64,000 nucleotides of DNA from Candidatus Saccharimonadales bacterium (GCA_041737385.1 JBGSRU010000005.1:128-64127), one strand, 5' to 3'; positions 49,230 through 57,542 are shown, numbered from the stretch's first letter. Numbers and translations: made by a program. Notes: generated from the sequence alone by a model not told the origin.

Positions 49230-50238
49230 ACGAAACCACCAGTCCCGCTATCATGCTTAATAGTAGCGCTAGAACACTAACTATAATAAGCAGCTGATTT
49301 TTAAATGTCGTTTTAAGTAGGGCAATCATCTTTATGTCAATCATTGGCCCAAACACCAAAAAGCTTACGATAGAGCCTGCAGTAAATGTGCTCGCAAATG
49401 ATAGGGCGAAAAATGCATCCACATTTGCACAAATTGAAACCACGAAAGCCAGTAGTAACATTGCCAGTATTGATAACACAACATTGCTACCAATGCTTAC
49501 TAGTAGATCTCTCGGAACAAATGTTTGTACGGTTCCTGCAACTAGTGCACCAAATCCTAGCATTTTAATCATTATAAAGGCCTCATGTGTGAACGATTCA
49601 CTAAGTTTTTTTATTCTTGTTCTGTCGTGCCGCTTTGTACTTTTAGGCTTCGGCATCTCGCATAGTGCAACAAAATCAGCGGTTAAAAACTCTTGCTCAT
49701 TTTTCTTTTTTGAAATTATAAATCCTATAAAGTTAGCAATCACTAACGTTGCTAGTATACGGGATACAACGATAGAACTATCATAACTGAATGCTGCCCA
49801 AGTAGACCAAATAGTTACTGGGTTCAACACGGGTGCCGACAAGAGAAAGGTAATAGCTTCTGAAGGTTTAAGACCTTGCACCATTAAAGATCTTGATAAC
49901 GGTACATTCCCACATTCACATACGGGGAACAAGAAACCAAGAAGCGATAGAGAGGCTCTCCTGAAAATACCTTTTTTTGGCAATATTTTTTCGAATGTAT
50001 GAGCTGGCACATAAACATTCACCACGCCCGCGAGCAGTGAGCCTAGTACAAGAAACGGAAACGCCTCAACAAAGATGCTAAGCGACAATGTTATAAAATC
50101 TTGAAGTTTATTTGGTAATTCAACACCTATTCTATTTGATAAGTACAAAACCGTTATTGTAAATAATACGGTAGCCACAAGTGTAAAATATTTTTTAGAA
50201 ATAGTAACTATAGGATGCGGAAATCTGTTTATTAGCAT
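49219..50238 (-). CDS. predicted permease, PF03773/DUF318 (ArsP-like) family
   Basis: Polytopic. CECGNVP motif. Confidence 0.7.
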   Translation of the reverse strand: MLINRFPHPIVTISKKYFTLVATVLFTITVLYLSNRIGVELPNKLQDFITLSLSIFVEAFPFLVLGSLLAGVVNVYVPAHTFEKILPKKGIFRRASLSLLGFLFPVCECGNVPLSRSLMVQGLKPSEAITFLLSAPVLNPVTIWSTWAAFSYDSSIVVSRILATLVIANFIGFIISKKKNEQEFLTADFVALCEMPKPKSTKRHDRTRIKKLSESFTHEAFIMIKMLGFGALVAGTVQTFVPRDLLVSIGSNVVLSILAMLLLAFVVSICANVDAFFALSFASTFTAGSIVSFLVFGPMIDIKMIALLKTTFKNQLLIIVSVLALLLSMIAGLVVSYAF

Positions 50239-50314
50239 ACTTATATTCTATAGTATGCACGAGCATTATATACAAAGCTCTTTCAAAGAATACAAATAAT
50301 AAGTACCACTTTAT

Positions 50315-51262
50315 TTAGTTGTTTATGCTTAGTCCGTTTTCGTACAAGTAAAGCAGAGCCCAATATGAGCTAAAGTCTTTTGCAGAGTTCATATTGCCCT
50401 TAGACATCATGCTTTTGGCGAAGACACATTGTCTGAAGGCGATGAATACTGTGACGTTTACGATATTTTCTCGCTCAATACTAGCTAAAGGTCTAATCAG
50501 CTCGTATTCTTCTAAGAATGCTTCGATGGATTCTTTGTTGGGTTTACCATCAGGAAATGCCCACGTAACTAAAATTATCGCAATATCTTGAAGTTGCCAG
50601 CTTACGCCTATCTCTTCGAAGTCTAATAGAGATACTGCTTCTTCTCCGTCAAATAAGACATTGCCTAGATTGATATCTCCATGGGTTATTCCGCGTGGCA
50701 GGTTTTTTACGAAGTCTGTGAATTTCGCTTCTTTGAACTTTTTGTAATAAATATCGACTAATTCTATGAGGCGTAATGAATCTTTGTCTATATCGGTGGG
50801 CTTATAATCTTCGACTCGATCGTACAGATTAAAAATATAATCTGTATCTAGTGTTATAGCTGTGCTTGGAGGATCGTATTCCAACTTATGGAACCTTGCA
50901 ACTAACTTAGCTAGAGATTTTATATGCTGTACTTCAATAGAAATATTATTTGCAGAATCACCCTCTAAGTATTTAGTGACAACTATTGGGGTACCATCGT
51001 TTTCTAGATAGTCGTGACCATCATTTGTTTGGACTAAGCGAGGAGCAGGATATTCAGTTGCTTCGGCGTACTTCAAAAAAGGTATCATTGAATTTATCTG
51101 GTTTTTGGTTTCAAAAAGACATATTCGGGCAATATACTTTTCGCTTCCATCAGAAAACACATAGTTATCATTAGATACACCACCTTTTAGCAAAGTTAGT
51201 TCTAATATTTTCTCAAATGGATAGCGCTCTATTAAAATTGATTTAATATCTATTTTTGTCAC
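50315..51262 (-). CDS. aminoglycoside/choline-kinase-type phosphotransferase (APH family)
   Basis: ITHGDINLGNVLF catalytic loop and LLDFEE motif. GTG start. Confidence 0.8.
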   Translation of the reverse strand: MTKIDIKSILIERYPFEKILELTLLKGGVSNDNYVFSDGSEKYIARICLFETKNQINSMIPFLKYAEATEYPAPRLVQTNDGHDYLENDGTPIVVTKYLEGDSANNISIEVQHIKSLAKLVARFHKLEYDPPSTAITLDTDYIFNLYDRVEDYKPTDIDKDSLRLIELVDIYYKKFKEAKFTDFVKNLPRGITHGDINLGNVLFDGEEAVSLLDFEEIGVSWQLQDIAIILVTWAFPDGKPNKESIEAFLEEYELIRPLASIERENIVNVTVFIAFRQCVFAKSMMSKGNMNSAKDFSSYWALLYLYENGLSINN

Positions 51263-51286
51263 TTAGAAATTATCTCATACAATGGC

Positions 51287-51362
51287 TTCAATTCTAATCT
51301 GGGTATTAAAAAGTCAGAACCGAATACCAGCTCTGACTTCATCTATCACAGCTTGGCTCACC
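51287..51362. repeat. junction repeat B1
   Basis: ttcaattctaatctgggtattaaaaagtcagaaccgaataccagctctgacttcatctatcacagcttggctcacc. By eye about 70 percent identical to B2. Read on the minus strand: GAGCCAAGC, then hairpin AGTCAGA/TCTGACT, then a T-run. Confidence 0.7.
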
Positions 51363-51417
51363 ATAATATAGAATGTCATAACCACGACTAAGCAGGGCTT
51401 AATTTTGAAACGTTGTT

Positions 51418-52338
51418 CTATATCGTAATAACTACACTTCCTTTTTTACGGCCAGAGTCAACGTAGTGGTTCGCTTCGACTATGTCATCAATATCAAATG
51501 TCTTTTCGATTGTTGCTACTAGTATGCCGCCGTCGAACATATCTGCAAGTTCTTCTAAGTCGGAAGATGATTCTTTTGCAACATCAAGACTATTAACAGT
51601 AATATACTTACCGTCCACGGCAATCAGATGAGATGCTGCTGATTTCGATATTTTTCCTACAGCATCAAAGACTACATCAAAAGAACCCTTAATATCCTTT
51701 AGGCCGGTTTTTTTGTAGTTATAAACTTTCGAAGCACCGAGTTTCTTTGTGAGATCCATTCCGTCCGGACCGCACACTGCTGTAACTTCGCCGCCAAGAT
51801 ACTTGGCGATTTGTACTGCAGATGTCCCAACCGCACCGGTTGAACCGTAGATTAATACTTTCTTATTCTTACTTACACCAGCTTTACGTAAAAAGTATAG
51901 TGCTGTATTACCGCCAAATGGCAAGGCACTAGCTTCTTCGAAGCTGGCTTTCTTTGGCTTGAGAGCAATTGCTCGCTTTTCAGGCAGGGCGCAATATTCT
52001 GCAAAAGCACCGAAGCTAAAGCCAGTCATGGCATATATTTCATCCCCAACTTTGAACCTGGTAACTTCATCGCCTACTTCAACAACTTCTCCTGCCATAA
52101 CGCTTCCTTGAATTCGTTTCGGCTTTTTGATTCCGACGAGTAAACGTATGACAATCTTGCTAACAAATCCTTTTGCTCCGCTGCCTGCATCTAGTGCACG
52201 CATACGAACGTCGCCAGAATTAAGTGATGCTGCCATTACTTTAATCAGAATTTCGTTACTTTTAGGCTTTGGTTTTGCAACGTCTTTCACACTAAGGACT
52301 TCAGGCCCGCCGTATCCTTTAGCTATAACTGCTTTCAT
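51418..52338 (-). CDS. medium-chain dehydrogenase/reductase (quinone oxidoreductase-like)
   Basis: VLIYGSTGAVGTSAVQIAK Rossmann motif and a GroES-like N-domain. Confidence 0.85.
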   Translation of the reverse strand: MKAVIAKGYGGPEVLSVKDVAKPKPKSNEILIKVMAASLNSGDVRMRALDAGSGAKGFVSKIVIRLLVGIKKPKRIQGSVMAGEVVEVGDEVTRFKVGDEIYAMTGFSFGAFAEYCALPEKRAIALKPKKASFEEASALPFGGNTALYFLRKAGVSKNKKVLIYGSTGAVGTSAVQIAKYLGGEVTAVCGPDGMDLTKKLGASKVYNYKKTGLKDIKGSFDVVFDAVGKISKSAASHLIAVDGKYITVNSLDVAKESSSDLEELADMFDGGILVATIEKTFDIDDIVEANHYVDSGRKKGSVVITI

Positions 52339-52348
52339 ATGATTTCTC

Positions 52349-53008
52349 CTAATTCACCCTTTTTAATAATCTATCTAGCGATTCCAGTATGAGCTCGAGT
52401 CCAAAGTGGAAATCTTGAATTCCATCATGCGTCCCATTGATAATAGAGAGCGACATGTTGTGCATGTAGGGATGGGTTTCTTTTGGTATAACCGGCAAGA
52501 ATTGTTTCGCTGCAGCTTTAAATTCAGATGGTTGCAAAGGAAAATTTTGGCTCTGCAAATTGAATCCATATATGTAACTATCAATAGTATTCCATGCATA
52601 GTCGGTCAGTTTGTAGGAGAAACCCGCACTTAAAAGGTAGCCGATTGTTGTATCGACATACTTCAGCATGTTTGGCCCTACATTAATACCAGCAACAAAC
52701 TCATGTGCTGCCCACGGATGCTGGATGAGTGTTGCTCTCATCAAGTCAGCACGCTTGCGCAATGCATCTTTCCAGTCGAAACAAGTTTCGAGCGAGGGGA
52801 TAGATGGTGTAACTTCGTCGACCATTTCAGCGATCAATTCATTTTTGTTTTTAATGTGGTGATAGAGTGACATCGCTTCTACGTCTAATTTATCGGCCAG
52901 TCTACGCATGGAGAGGTAAGATAAGCCGTACCCATCTGCTAATGCTATAGCCTCAGCAACTATTTTGCCACGTGATAACTTTGGGTTATTTTTTTGCTTG
53001 TCTTTCAT
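52349..53008 (-). CDS. TetR-family transcriptional regulator
   Basis: N-terminal HTH LSMRRLADKLDVEAMSLYHHIKNK. Confidence 0.85.
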   Translation of the reverse strand: MKDKQKNNPKLSRGKIVAEAIALADGYGLSYLSMRRLADKLDVEAMSLYHHIKNKNELIAEMVDEVTPSIPSLETCFDWKDALRKRADLMRATLIQHPWAAHEFVAGINVGPNMLKYVDTTIGYLLSAGFSYKLTDYAWNTIDSYIYGFNLQSQNFPLQPSEFKAAAKQFLPVIPKETHPYMHNMSLSIINGTHDGIQDFHFGLELILESLDRLLKRVN

Positions 53009-53080
53009 GAAAATATGTATTAACCTTACAGTGTAAGTCTAAACAATTACATATAAATTTGCAAGTACAAAGGAGTACAT

Positions 53081-53500
53081 ATGAAAGATAAACTGGATGA
53101 ACAAAAAGTAAATGTACGCGTAAAGCTAGCTGCATTGTGGACGAGTTTTATGTTTCTCTACATCTATGTAGATTATTTTGCCCTTTATATGCCAGGTAAG
53201 ATAGAAGATATCCTGAACGGGAGAGTGTTTACATTTGATATTACACAAGGATTTATCTTTACGGCACTCTTCTTAGCTATAATTCCGATGCTGATGATTT
53301 TCCTTTCTGTTGTTCTGCCAGCTAGAGCAAATCGAATAACAAATATAATCGTGGGCACGGCTCTTATCCCTTATATGTTGTTTAATTTGGCAGGAGAAGC
53401 TTGGCCACATATGATTTTGGCCGCTGTTGTAGAAGTCGCTCTCCTTGTACTAATTATCCGTTACGCATGGAGATGGCCAAGAGCTGGAAGTCCATCCTAA
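53081..53500 (+). CDS. four-TM membrane protein (DUF6326-like), divergent from the TetR gene
   Basis: VKLAALWTSFMFLYIYVDYF resembles the family's N-terminal motif. Tentative. Confidence 0.45.
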   Translation: MKDKLDEQKVNVRVKLAALWTSFMFLYIYVDYFALYMPGKIEDILNGRVFTFDITQGFIFTALFLAIIPMLMIFLSVVLPARANRITNIIVGTALIPYMLFNLAGEAWPHMILAAVVEVALLVLIIRYAWRWPRAGSPS

Positions 53501-53558
53501 TCAAAAAGCTCACCTAATCCTTGGGCTTGGATTACTCGCTGCAACAATATCCTTCGAT

Positions 53559-53633
53559 TTCAATTTCAGTCTGGGCCCAAAAAAATTATGACCGAATCAA
53601 AGTTCTGACTTCATCTATTACGGCTTTGCCATC
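53559..53633. repeat. junction repeat B2 (degenerate)
   Basis: ttcaatttcagtctgggcccaaaaaaattatgaccgaatcaaagttctgacttcatctattacggctttgccatc. Confidence 0.65.
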
Positions 53634-53660
53634 TAGAGCATGCCTCTTAGTCGCTTGTGT

Positions 53661-53686
53661 ACTATAGGGGTGGAGGACGTTCGAAC
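53661..53686. repeat. junction repeat fragment C1 (..GGAGGACGTTCGAAC)
   Basis: The gaggacgttcgaac block is shared with 56847-56860. A near-copy gaaggacgtttgaac lies at 54221-54235. Confidence 0.6.
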
Positions 53687-53691
53687 GAGTA

Positions 53692-54183
53692 TCACATCTT
53701 GACAATAGACCAGTTGCCCTCAATGCGTTTTAAAGTTAGTATTTTTTGAGAGTTGCTATTGAGCTTATATTGCACCACAGCGTTTCTATAGCCACCCTTT
53801 GTCCAAATAAAATCAGTAACATTACTTTTCTCATGAGATTGTACAAAAGTTTCTAGTTCATATTTTACTTCAAGCTTCGCATTTACGACTATCGGCTCAC
53901 CTTTATTGATGTCTCTAGCAGCATAATCACACTGCTTCGTAAAGTCTGAGTACACAGTAGGATTGGTAGAATGATTGGTGTATCTTGATGGTTCAGGGAA
54001 CAGGTACAACTTTCCATAGAATGAATGTACAAATTTTCGCTCGTTTTTCTGTAGATTATCAAATTCACTCTGAGATATTAGTTGCAAATTCCAACGTTTA
54101 ACTAGTTCACCTTTCTTGAAATTCCGACCTGCGTACAGTCCTTTGCCGTCTAGTTTACCTTTACCAATAGTTATGTCAGACAT
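53692..54183 (-). CDS. SET-domain protein (putative lysine methyltransferase)
   Basis: GKGLYAGRNFKKGELV, RYTNHSTNPTV (NHS-type motif), and DINKGEPIV. Confidence 0.6.
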   Translation of the reverse strand: MSDITIGKGKLDGKGLYAGRNFKKGELVKRWNLQLISQSEFDNLQKNERKFVHSFYGKLYLFPEPSRYTNHSTNPTVYSDFTKQCDYAARDINKGEPIVVNAKLEVKYELETFVQSHEKSNVTDFIWTKGGYRNAVVQYKLNSNSQKILTLKRIEGNWSIVKM

Positions 54184-54197
54184 ATTGGTAGTATAGT

Positions 54198-54235
54198 AAA
54201 AAACATTATATTTATATAGTGAAGGACGTTTGAAC
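54198..54235. repeat. junction repeat C2 (A-type hairpin joined directly to the GAAGGACGTTTGAAC block)
   Basis: aaaaaacattatatttatatagtgaaggacgtttgaac. 19 of 23 positions are identical to the A-type left arm. Confidence 0.6.
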
Positions 54236-54242
54236 TAAACTA

Positions 54243-54932
54243 TTAACCTACACTGGGTCTTTTAACAACTAAATCTAATTCTGGTTTGTCTTTTTGCAGA
54301 TTAACAATAATTTTTTCTACTAGGTAATCTGGCGACATAAAATTTGTAAAGTCTTCTGGTAACGCTTCATCGTGTAAGTGAGTTTTTGTACCACCTGGGT
54401 AAACAGACAGTATTTTTACTGGATTACTTTTATTTTCTGCTCGTAGAGCATCTATATACCCTCGAAGAGCCCATTTACTAGACGCATACAACTTTGCTCC
54501 AACAGACCTAGATGCATCGAGGGCAGCACTTGATAAAAGATTTAATATGTAACCTTCCTTCATATTTAATAATGCTGTTCTAGAACCAAGCACAGCACCG
54601 AAGAAATTTACATCAAACATCTCGTGTGCTCTGTTCATATCCAATAATACTGTTCTGGGAAATTTCATAAATAGGCCAGCACTATTTACCCAAATATCGA
54701 TATTGCCAAAAGTTTTAATGGTAAATTCTGCAAGGTCTCTTAAGCCCTGCTCATTACGAACGTCAACAACAAATGACTTAGCACCAATTTCTTTTGCTGC
54801 ATCATCAAGTGTTTTTTTAGTTCGGCTTGCAATAACTACGTTTGCACCCTCAGCAACTAAACTTTTTGCAAATTCCTTGCCTATGCCTTGGCTGCCGCCA
54901 ACCACAACGACAGTTTTATTATTTAAGTTCAT
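54243..54932 (-). CDS. SDR-family oxidoreductase
   Basis: VVVVGGSQGIG, NSAG and YASSKWA motifs. The start is reassigned to the ATG at 54932, 6 nt downstream of TATAAT. Confidence 0.85.
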   Translation of the reverse strand: MNLNNKTVVVVGGSQGIGKEFAKSLVAEGANVVIASRTKKTLDDAAKEIGAKSFVVDVRNEQGLRDLAEFTIKTFGNIDIWVNSAGLFMKFPRTVLLDMNRAHEMFDVNFFGAVLGSRTALLNMKEGYILNLLSSAALDASRSVGAKLYASSKWALRGYIDALRAENKSNPVKILSVYPGGTKTHLHDEALPEDFTNFMSPDYLVEKIIVNLQKDKPELDLVVKRPSVG

Positions 54933-54948
54933 AGAATAATTATAACCC

Positions 54949-54990
54949 AAACAAAAACACTATGTTTCTATAGTGCTTATGCTTGACTCC
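54949..54990. repeat. junction repeat A1 (left part)
   Basis: aaacaaaaacactatgtttctatagtgcttatgcttgactcc. On the minus strand it reads as hairpin CACTAT/ATAGTG plus TTTTTGTTT. Confidence 0.85.
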
Positions 54991-55240
54991 AGAGTGAGAT
55001 AGTCCAGTAGACTATTGCAAGGGGACACACTCTAGAAAACTTGTTTTCTAAGACGTGGTGACGAGGTCGCGGAACGTGACTGGATATAGGTCACACAACA
55101 AATCTGTGCGCCGAGTGTACTCGGGCAACATGCTTGTTATCGAACCTAGCGACCCACTGTCTTGCAAGGCAATCCAGGGTCACAGGTGAATCAGTCCCGA
55201 AAATAAACTAAAAACAGACCCTGATGGGTCTGGTCTTAGT
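54991..55240 (-). ncRNA. candidate structured RNA nested inside junction repeat A1 (about 250 nt, unknown class)
   Basis: No ORF. At least 6 local hairpins: agagtg/cactct, atagtc/gactat, tagaaaac/gttttcta, gtgac/gtcac, ccgag/ctcgg, cagaccc/gggtctg. Flanked by ttgactc and ttggctc. Confidence 0.3.
55198..55232 (-). terminator. rho-independent terminator downstream of the 356-aa gene
   Basis: On the minus strand: CAGACCC-ATCA-GGGTCTG followed by TTTTTAGTTTATTTT. Confidence 0.6.
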
Positions 55241-55270
55241 TTGGCTCGCAGTTGTGGACATGATGCGAAC
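55241..55270. repeat. junction repeat A1 (right part, hairpin H1)
   Basis: ttggctcgcagttgtggacatgatgcgaac matches A2 positions 56482-56510. Confidence 0.8.
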
Positions 55271-55318
55271 TGTGTAGATAGACTTTTTTATATTTTTTAT
55301 TTCATTCAAACCTTGTAG

Positions 55319-56389
55319 CTATTGTGTTTTATCGACTTCTTTCACGAATATCCATTCAGAATTAGTATCTGTACGAGTAAGATAGATCAGAGGAAATTCA
55401 GATAAACCATCCACACTATAATTTACTTCAACATTCTTATCATCCTTTTCCCACACAATCCTGGAAACCTTAACATCTGAGATGTTTTTAATAGACTCAA
55501 TTTTTGACACGATTGCGGCTTGCTGTTTCTTAGCTTCATTATAGCTCGCAATACTTACACAGTTTAGTCCATCAAAATTGTTTATGCCACTATGAGTAGC
55601 TTGGCATAACAAATACTGGTTCGTGTAGGTATTCTCGGAATAATACTCATTGTCTTCGGGAGCTATCAAATCTGAAAGAACGAAACCTTTACTTTTTATA
55701 TATTCTTCAATTTCAGCTTTGGTAACATCAGATGCTTGATAGCGAACCCCGAATAACTTCCTTATACTTAAAGGAAGTTCAGTAAGATATGCATTTCCGG
55801 GTTGTTCAGTTAAATATTCTGGATTAGGAAGAGATTCAGACCATTCTGTAAGACCTTGGATGGTTTCTTCGATAGAGCTCCAGCTAGTATCTGCGAGATT
55901 ATTCGATACATTTGTAGTTGTTTCTTTGTTCTCATCCACTGGTGTCAAAGCTACAATTGCAATTAAAAGTCCCACCAAAAATATCGCAGATAAAATTAAA
56001 CTTATCTTGAGCCATTTTCTGGATTTTTTCTGAAGATTATCCATCGAAGGATAACTATTATTCTTAGTTTTATCTTTAGCATAACCTATGTAGATAAAAA
56101 TAATACCTACAAAAAAAGGTATTAAGTATAAGTAATTTTGGGCTAAAAATATCATCGAACCAGATGTAATTGAAATCAAATAACCAATAATGTAGTACAT
56201 CCTTGCAGTACTAGATAACTTAACATTAGGAGGTTGCTGAGGTTGCTGAGGTTGCTGAGGTTGCTGAGGTTGCTGAGGTTGCTGAGGTTGCTGAGGTTGC
56301 TGAGTAACCTCAGTTTGCTGTGGAGGTGTACTGCTAGTCGTATTTATATTATCCTGTTGTTGATTATCTTCATTATTATCCATAAACAC
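55319..56389 (-). CDS. membrane protein with N-terminal Q/P-rich low-complexity region
   Basis: 356-aa ORF with (QQP)x8, several predicted TM segments (not counted) and a C-terminal soluble domain. No family recognised. Confidence 0.6.
   Translation of the reverse strand: MFMDNNEDNQQQDNINTTSSTPPQQTEVTQQPQQPQQPQQPQQPQQPQQPQQPPNVKLSSTARMYYIIGYLISITSGSMIFLAQNYLYLIPFFVGIIFIYIGYAKDKTKNNSYPSMDNLQKKSRKWLKISLILSAIFLVGLLIAIVALTPVDENKETTTNVSNNLADTSWSSIEETIQGLTEWSESLPNPEYLTEQPGNAYLTELPLSIRKLFGVRYQASDVTKAEIEEYIKSKGFVLSDLIAPEDNEYYSENTYTNQYLLCQATHSGINNFDGLNCVSIASYNEAKKQQAAIVSKIESIKNISDVKVSRIVWEKDDKNVEVNYSVDGLSEFPLIYLTRTDTNSEWIFVKEVDKTQ
56232..56303. repeat. perfect 9-bp tandem repeat (ggttgctga) x8 encoding (QQP)8
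   Basis: Read directly from the sequence. Confidence 0.95.
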
Positions 56390-56447
56390 TCCAGTTATTA
56401 TTTAAACTATAGCATTATAGAGATAAGTAGGGAATATATAGAGAGCA

Positions 56448-56510
56448 AAACAAAAACACTATGTTTCCATAGTGCTTATGCTTGGCTCGCAGTTGTAGAC
56501 ATGATGCGAA
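56448..56510. repeat. junction repeat A2 (uninterrupted form)
   Basis: aaacaaaaacactatgtttccatagtgcttatgcttggctcgcagttgtagacatgatgcgaa. Confidence 0.85.
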
Positions 56511-56548
56511 TTATTAAATAAAAAGCGATAGGGGATAGAGTCAAATTG

Positions 56549-56779
56549 CTACCAAGGTATAATTAGAGCAAAGAACCAGCTAATAGCGTCACCAATACTA
56601 TTTGAACCTTTTCTCATCATGAATGCACCCATTAACATAACTGCTAAGCCACCAATAATTCCTAGAATTTTGTAAAATAAAGTGAAATCATTTAGGACCG
56701 ATACAACAACTGCAAAAATTCCAACAATTACCAAAAAGAAACCCATAACTACAAGAAGTGCTTTTACAATTGTTTTCAT
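56549..56779 (-). CDS. small two/three-TM membrane protein
   Basis: 76 aa, hydrophobic. TGAGATAAT lies 6 nt upstream of the ATG. Confidence 0.5.
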   Translation of the reverse strand: MKTIVKALLVVMGFFLVIVGIFAVVVSVLNDFTLFYKILGIIGGLAVMLMGAFMMRKGSNSIGDAISWFFALIIPW

Positions 56780-56796
56780 ATAGCCATTATCTCACA

Positions 56797-56860
56797 AAAC
56801 AAAAACACTATGTTTCTATAGTGCTTATGCTTGGCTCTCTGCAGTTGAGGACGTTCGAAC
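56797..56860. repeat. junction repeat A3
   Basis: aaacaaaaacactatgtttctatagtgcttatgcttggctctctgcagttgaggacgttcgaac. Confidence 0.85.
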
Positions 56861-56910
56861 TAGTCTTTTTGACGATTCATTCTGTAAACTATAAGTGGTA
56901 TTATCGTATT

Positions 56911-57294
56911 ATGAACAAAAATATTCTTATTAAAATTCTTTCTTTGGTCATTTCGGTTATTGGAATTTTTATTGCACTGAAATTTGTATCTATAAGAGAC
57001 TATAAGTACATTATTATTGTTGGGAGTGGGTTGTTACCATTACTTGCCTTCAAGTCAAAAGAGCCAAAGGATTCTACAGATATTGAAAAGTCTGAGTTTT
57101 TAAAAAGCATTCTATTAGCTACGGTAATCTTTTTTAGCGGTTTAGGGTTTGTGTTTATCATAAGTTTTGCGTCTAATCTTGAGACCAAGTCAATTACTAG
57201 GGAGATTCCGTTCATAGTAGGGATGTTGGTAGTTTCATTGGCCACAATATTTATTATCACTAAAGCTATATACAGGTATTATAAGTCAAAATAG
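56911..57294 (+). CDS. four-TM membrane protein, hypothetical
   Basis: Start reassigned to the ATG at 56911 (MNKNILIKILSL), 6 nt after TGgTATTAT. The upstream part of the track ORF overlaps repeat A3. Confidence 0.5.
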   Translation: MNKNILIKILSLVISVIGIFIALKFVSIRDYKYIIIVGSGLLPLLAFKSKEPKDSTDIEKSEFLKSILLATVIFFSGLGFVFIISFASNLETKSITREIPFIVGMLVVSLATIFIITKAIYRYYKSK

Positions 57295-57314
57295 TTCTAT
57301 CTCCAGCTTGGGGT

Positions 57315-57370
57315 AAACAAAAACAGAAGCCTTACGACTTCTGTTATTTATAACGCTTATGCTTGGCTCC
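57315..57370. repeat. junction repeat A4 (left part; same flanks, different hairpin stem)
   Basis: aaacaaaaac-AGAAGccttacgaCTTCT-gttatttataacgcttatgcttggctcc. Confidence 0.8.
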
Positions 57371-57513
57371 GGAGACTGGATGGGAGGGACCTAATTCGCC
57401 TGTTTGTCGTAGTACGACAGGGAATTAGCGAACCAATTGCTACGCAATAATCTGGTTCGAGGCCAGAACTCGGAAGTAAATAAAATAGCCCCACAAATGT
57501 GAGGCAATTTATT
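57371..57513 (-). ncRNA. candidate structured RNA nested inside junction repeat A4 (about 140 nt, cloverleaf-like)
   Basis: Three hairpins closed by a stem: ctaattcgcctg..cagggaattag, ttgc-tac-gcaa, and tctgg-ttcgagg-ccaga. The terminal hairpin is fully paired only as minus-strand RNA (GCCUCACA/UGUGGGGC with a U-G pair). Confidence 0.3.
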
Positions 57514-57542
57514 TGGCTCGCACTGGCAAACGAACTGCGAAC
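57514..57542. repeat. junction repeat A4 (right part, hairpin H1 variant)
   Basis: ttggctcgcactggcaaacgaactgcgaac. It has the same TCGCA/TGCGA stem as A1b and A2 but a different loop. Confidence 0.75.

Noticed and set aside
55241-55290. Mini-ORFs starting in hairpin H1: ATGTCCACAACTGCGAGCCAA.. gives MSTTASQTKTRPIRVCF* at A1 and MSTTASQA* at A2.
   Set aside because: They are very short, have different ends in different copies, have no SD, and the ATG is absent in A3 and A4. The simpler reading is conserved RNA or DNA structure.
56234-56521. The plus-strand ORF encoding (LRL)n.
   Set aside because: It is the antisense reading of the (QQP)8 tract of the 356-aa minus-strand gene.
50315-57542. 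Classical integron.
   Set aside because: No intI-like integrase is in the window. The repeats lack the GTTRRRY/RYYYAAC attC core. Cassette orientation is mixed. It is therefore reported only as an integron-like or serial-integration hypothesis.
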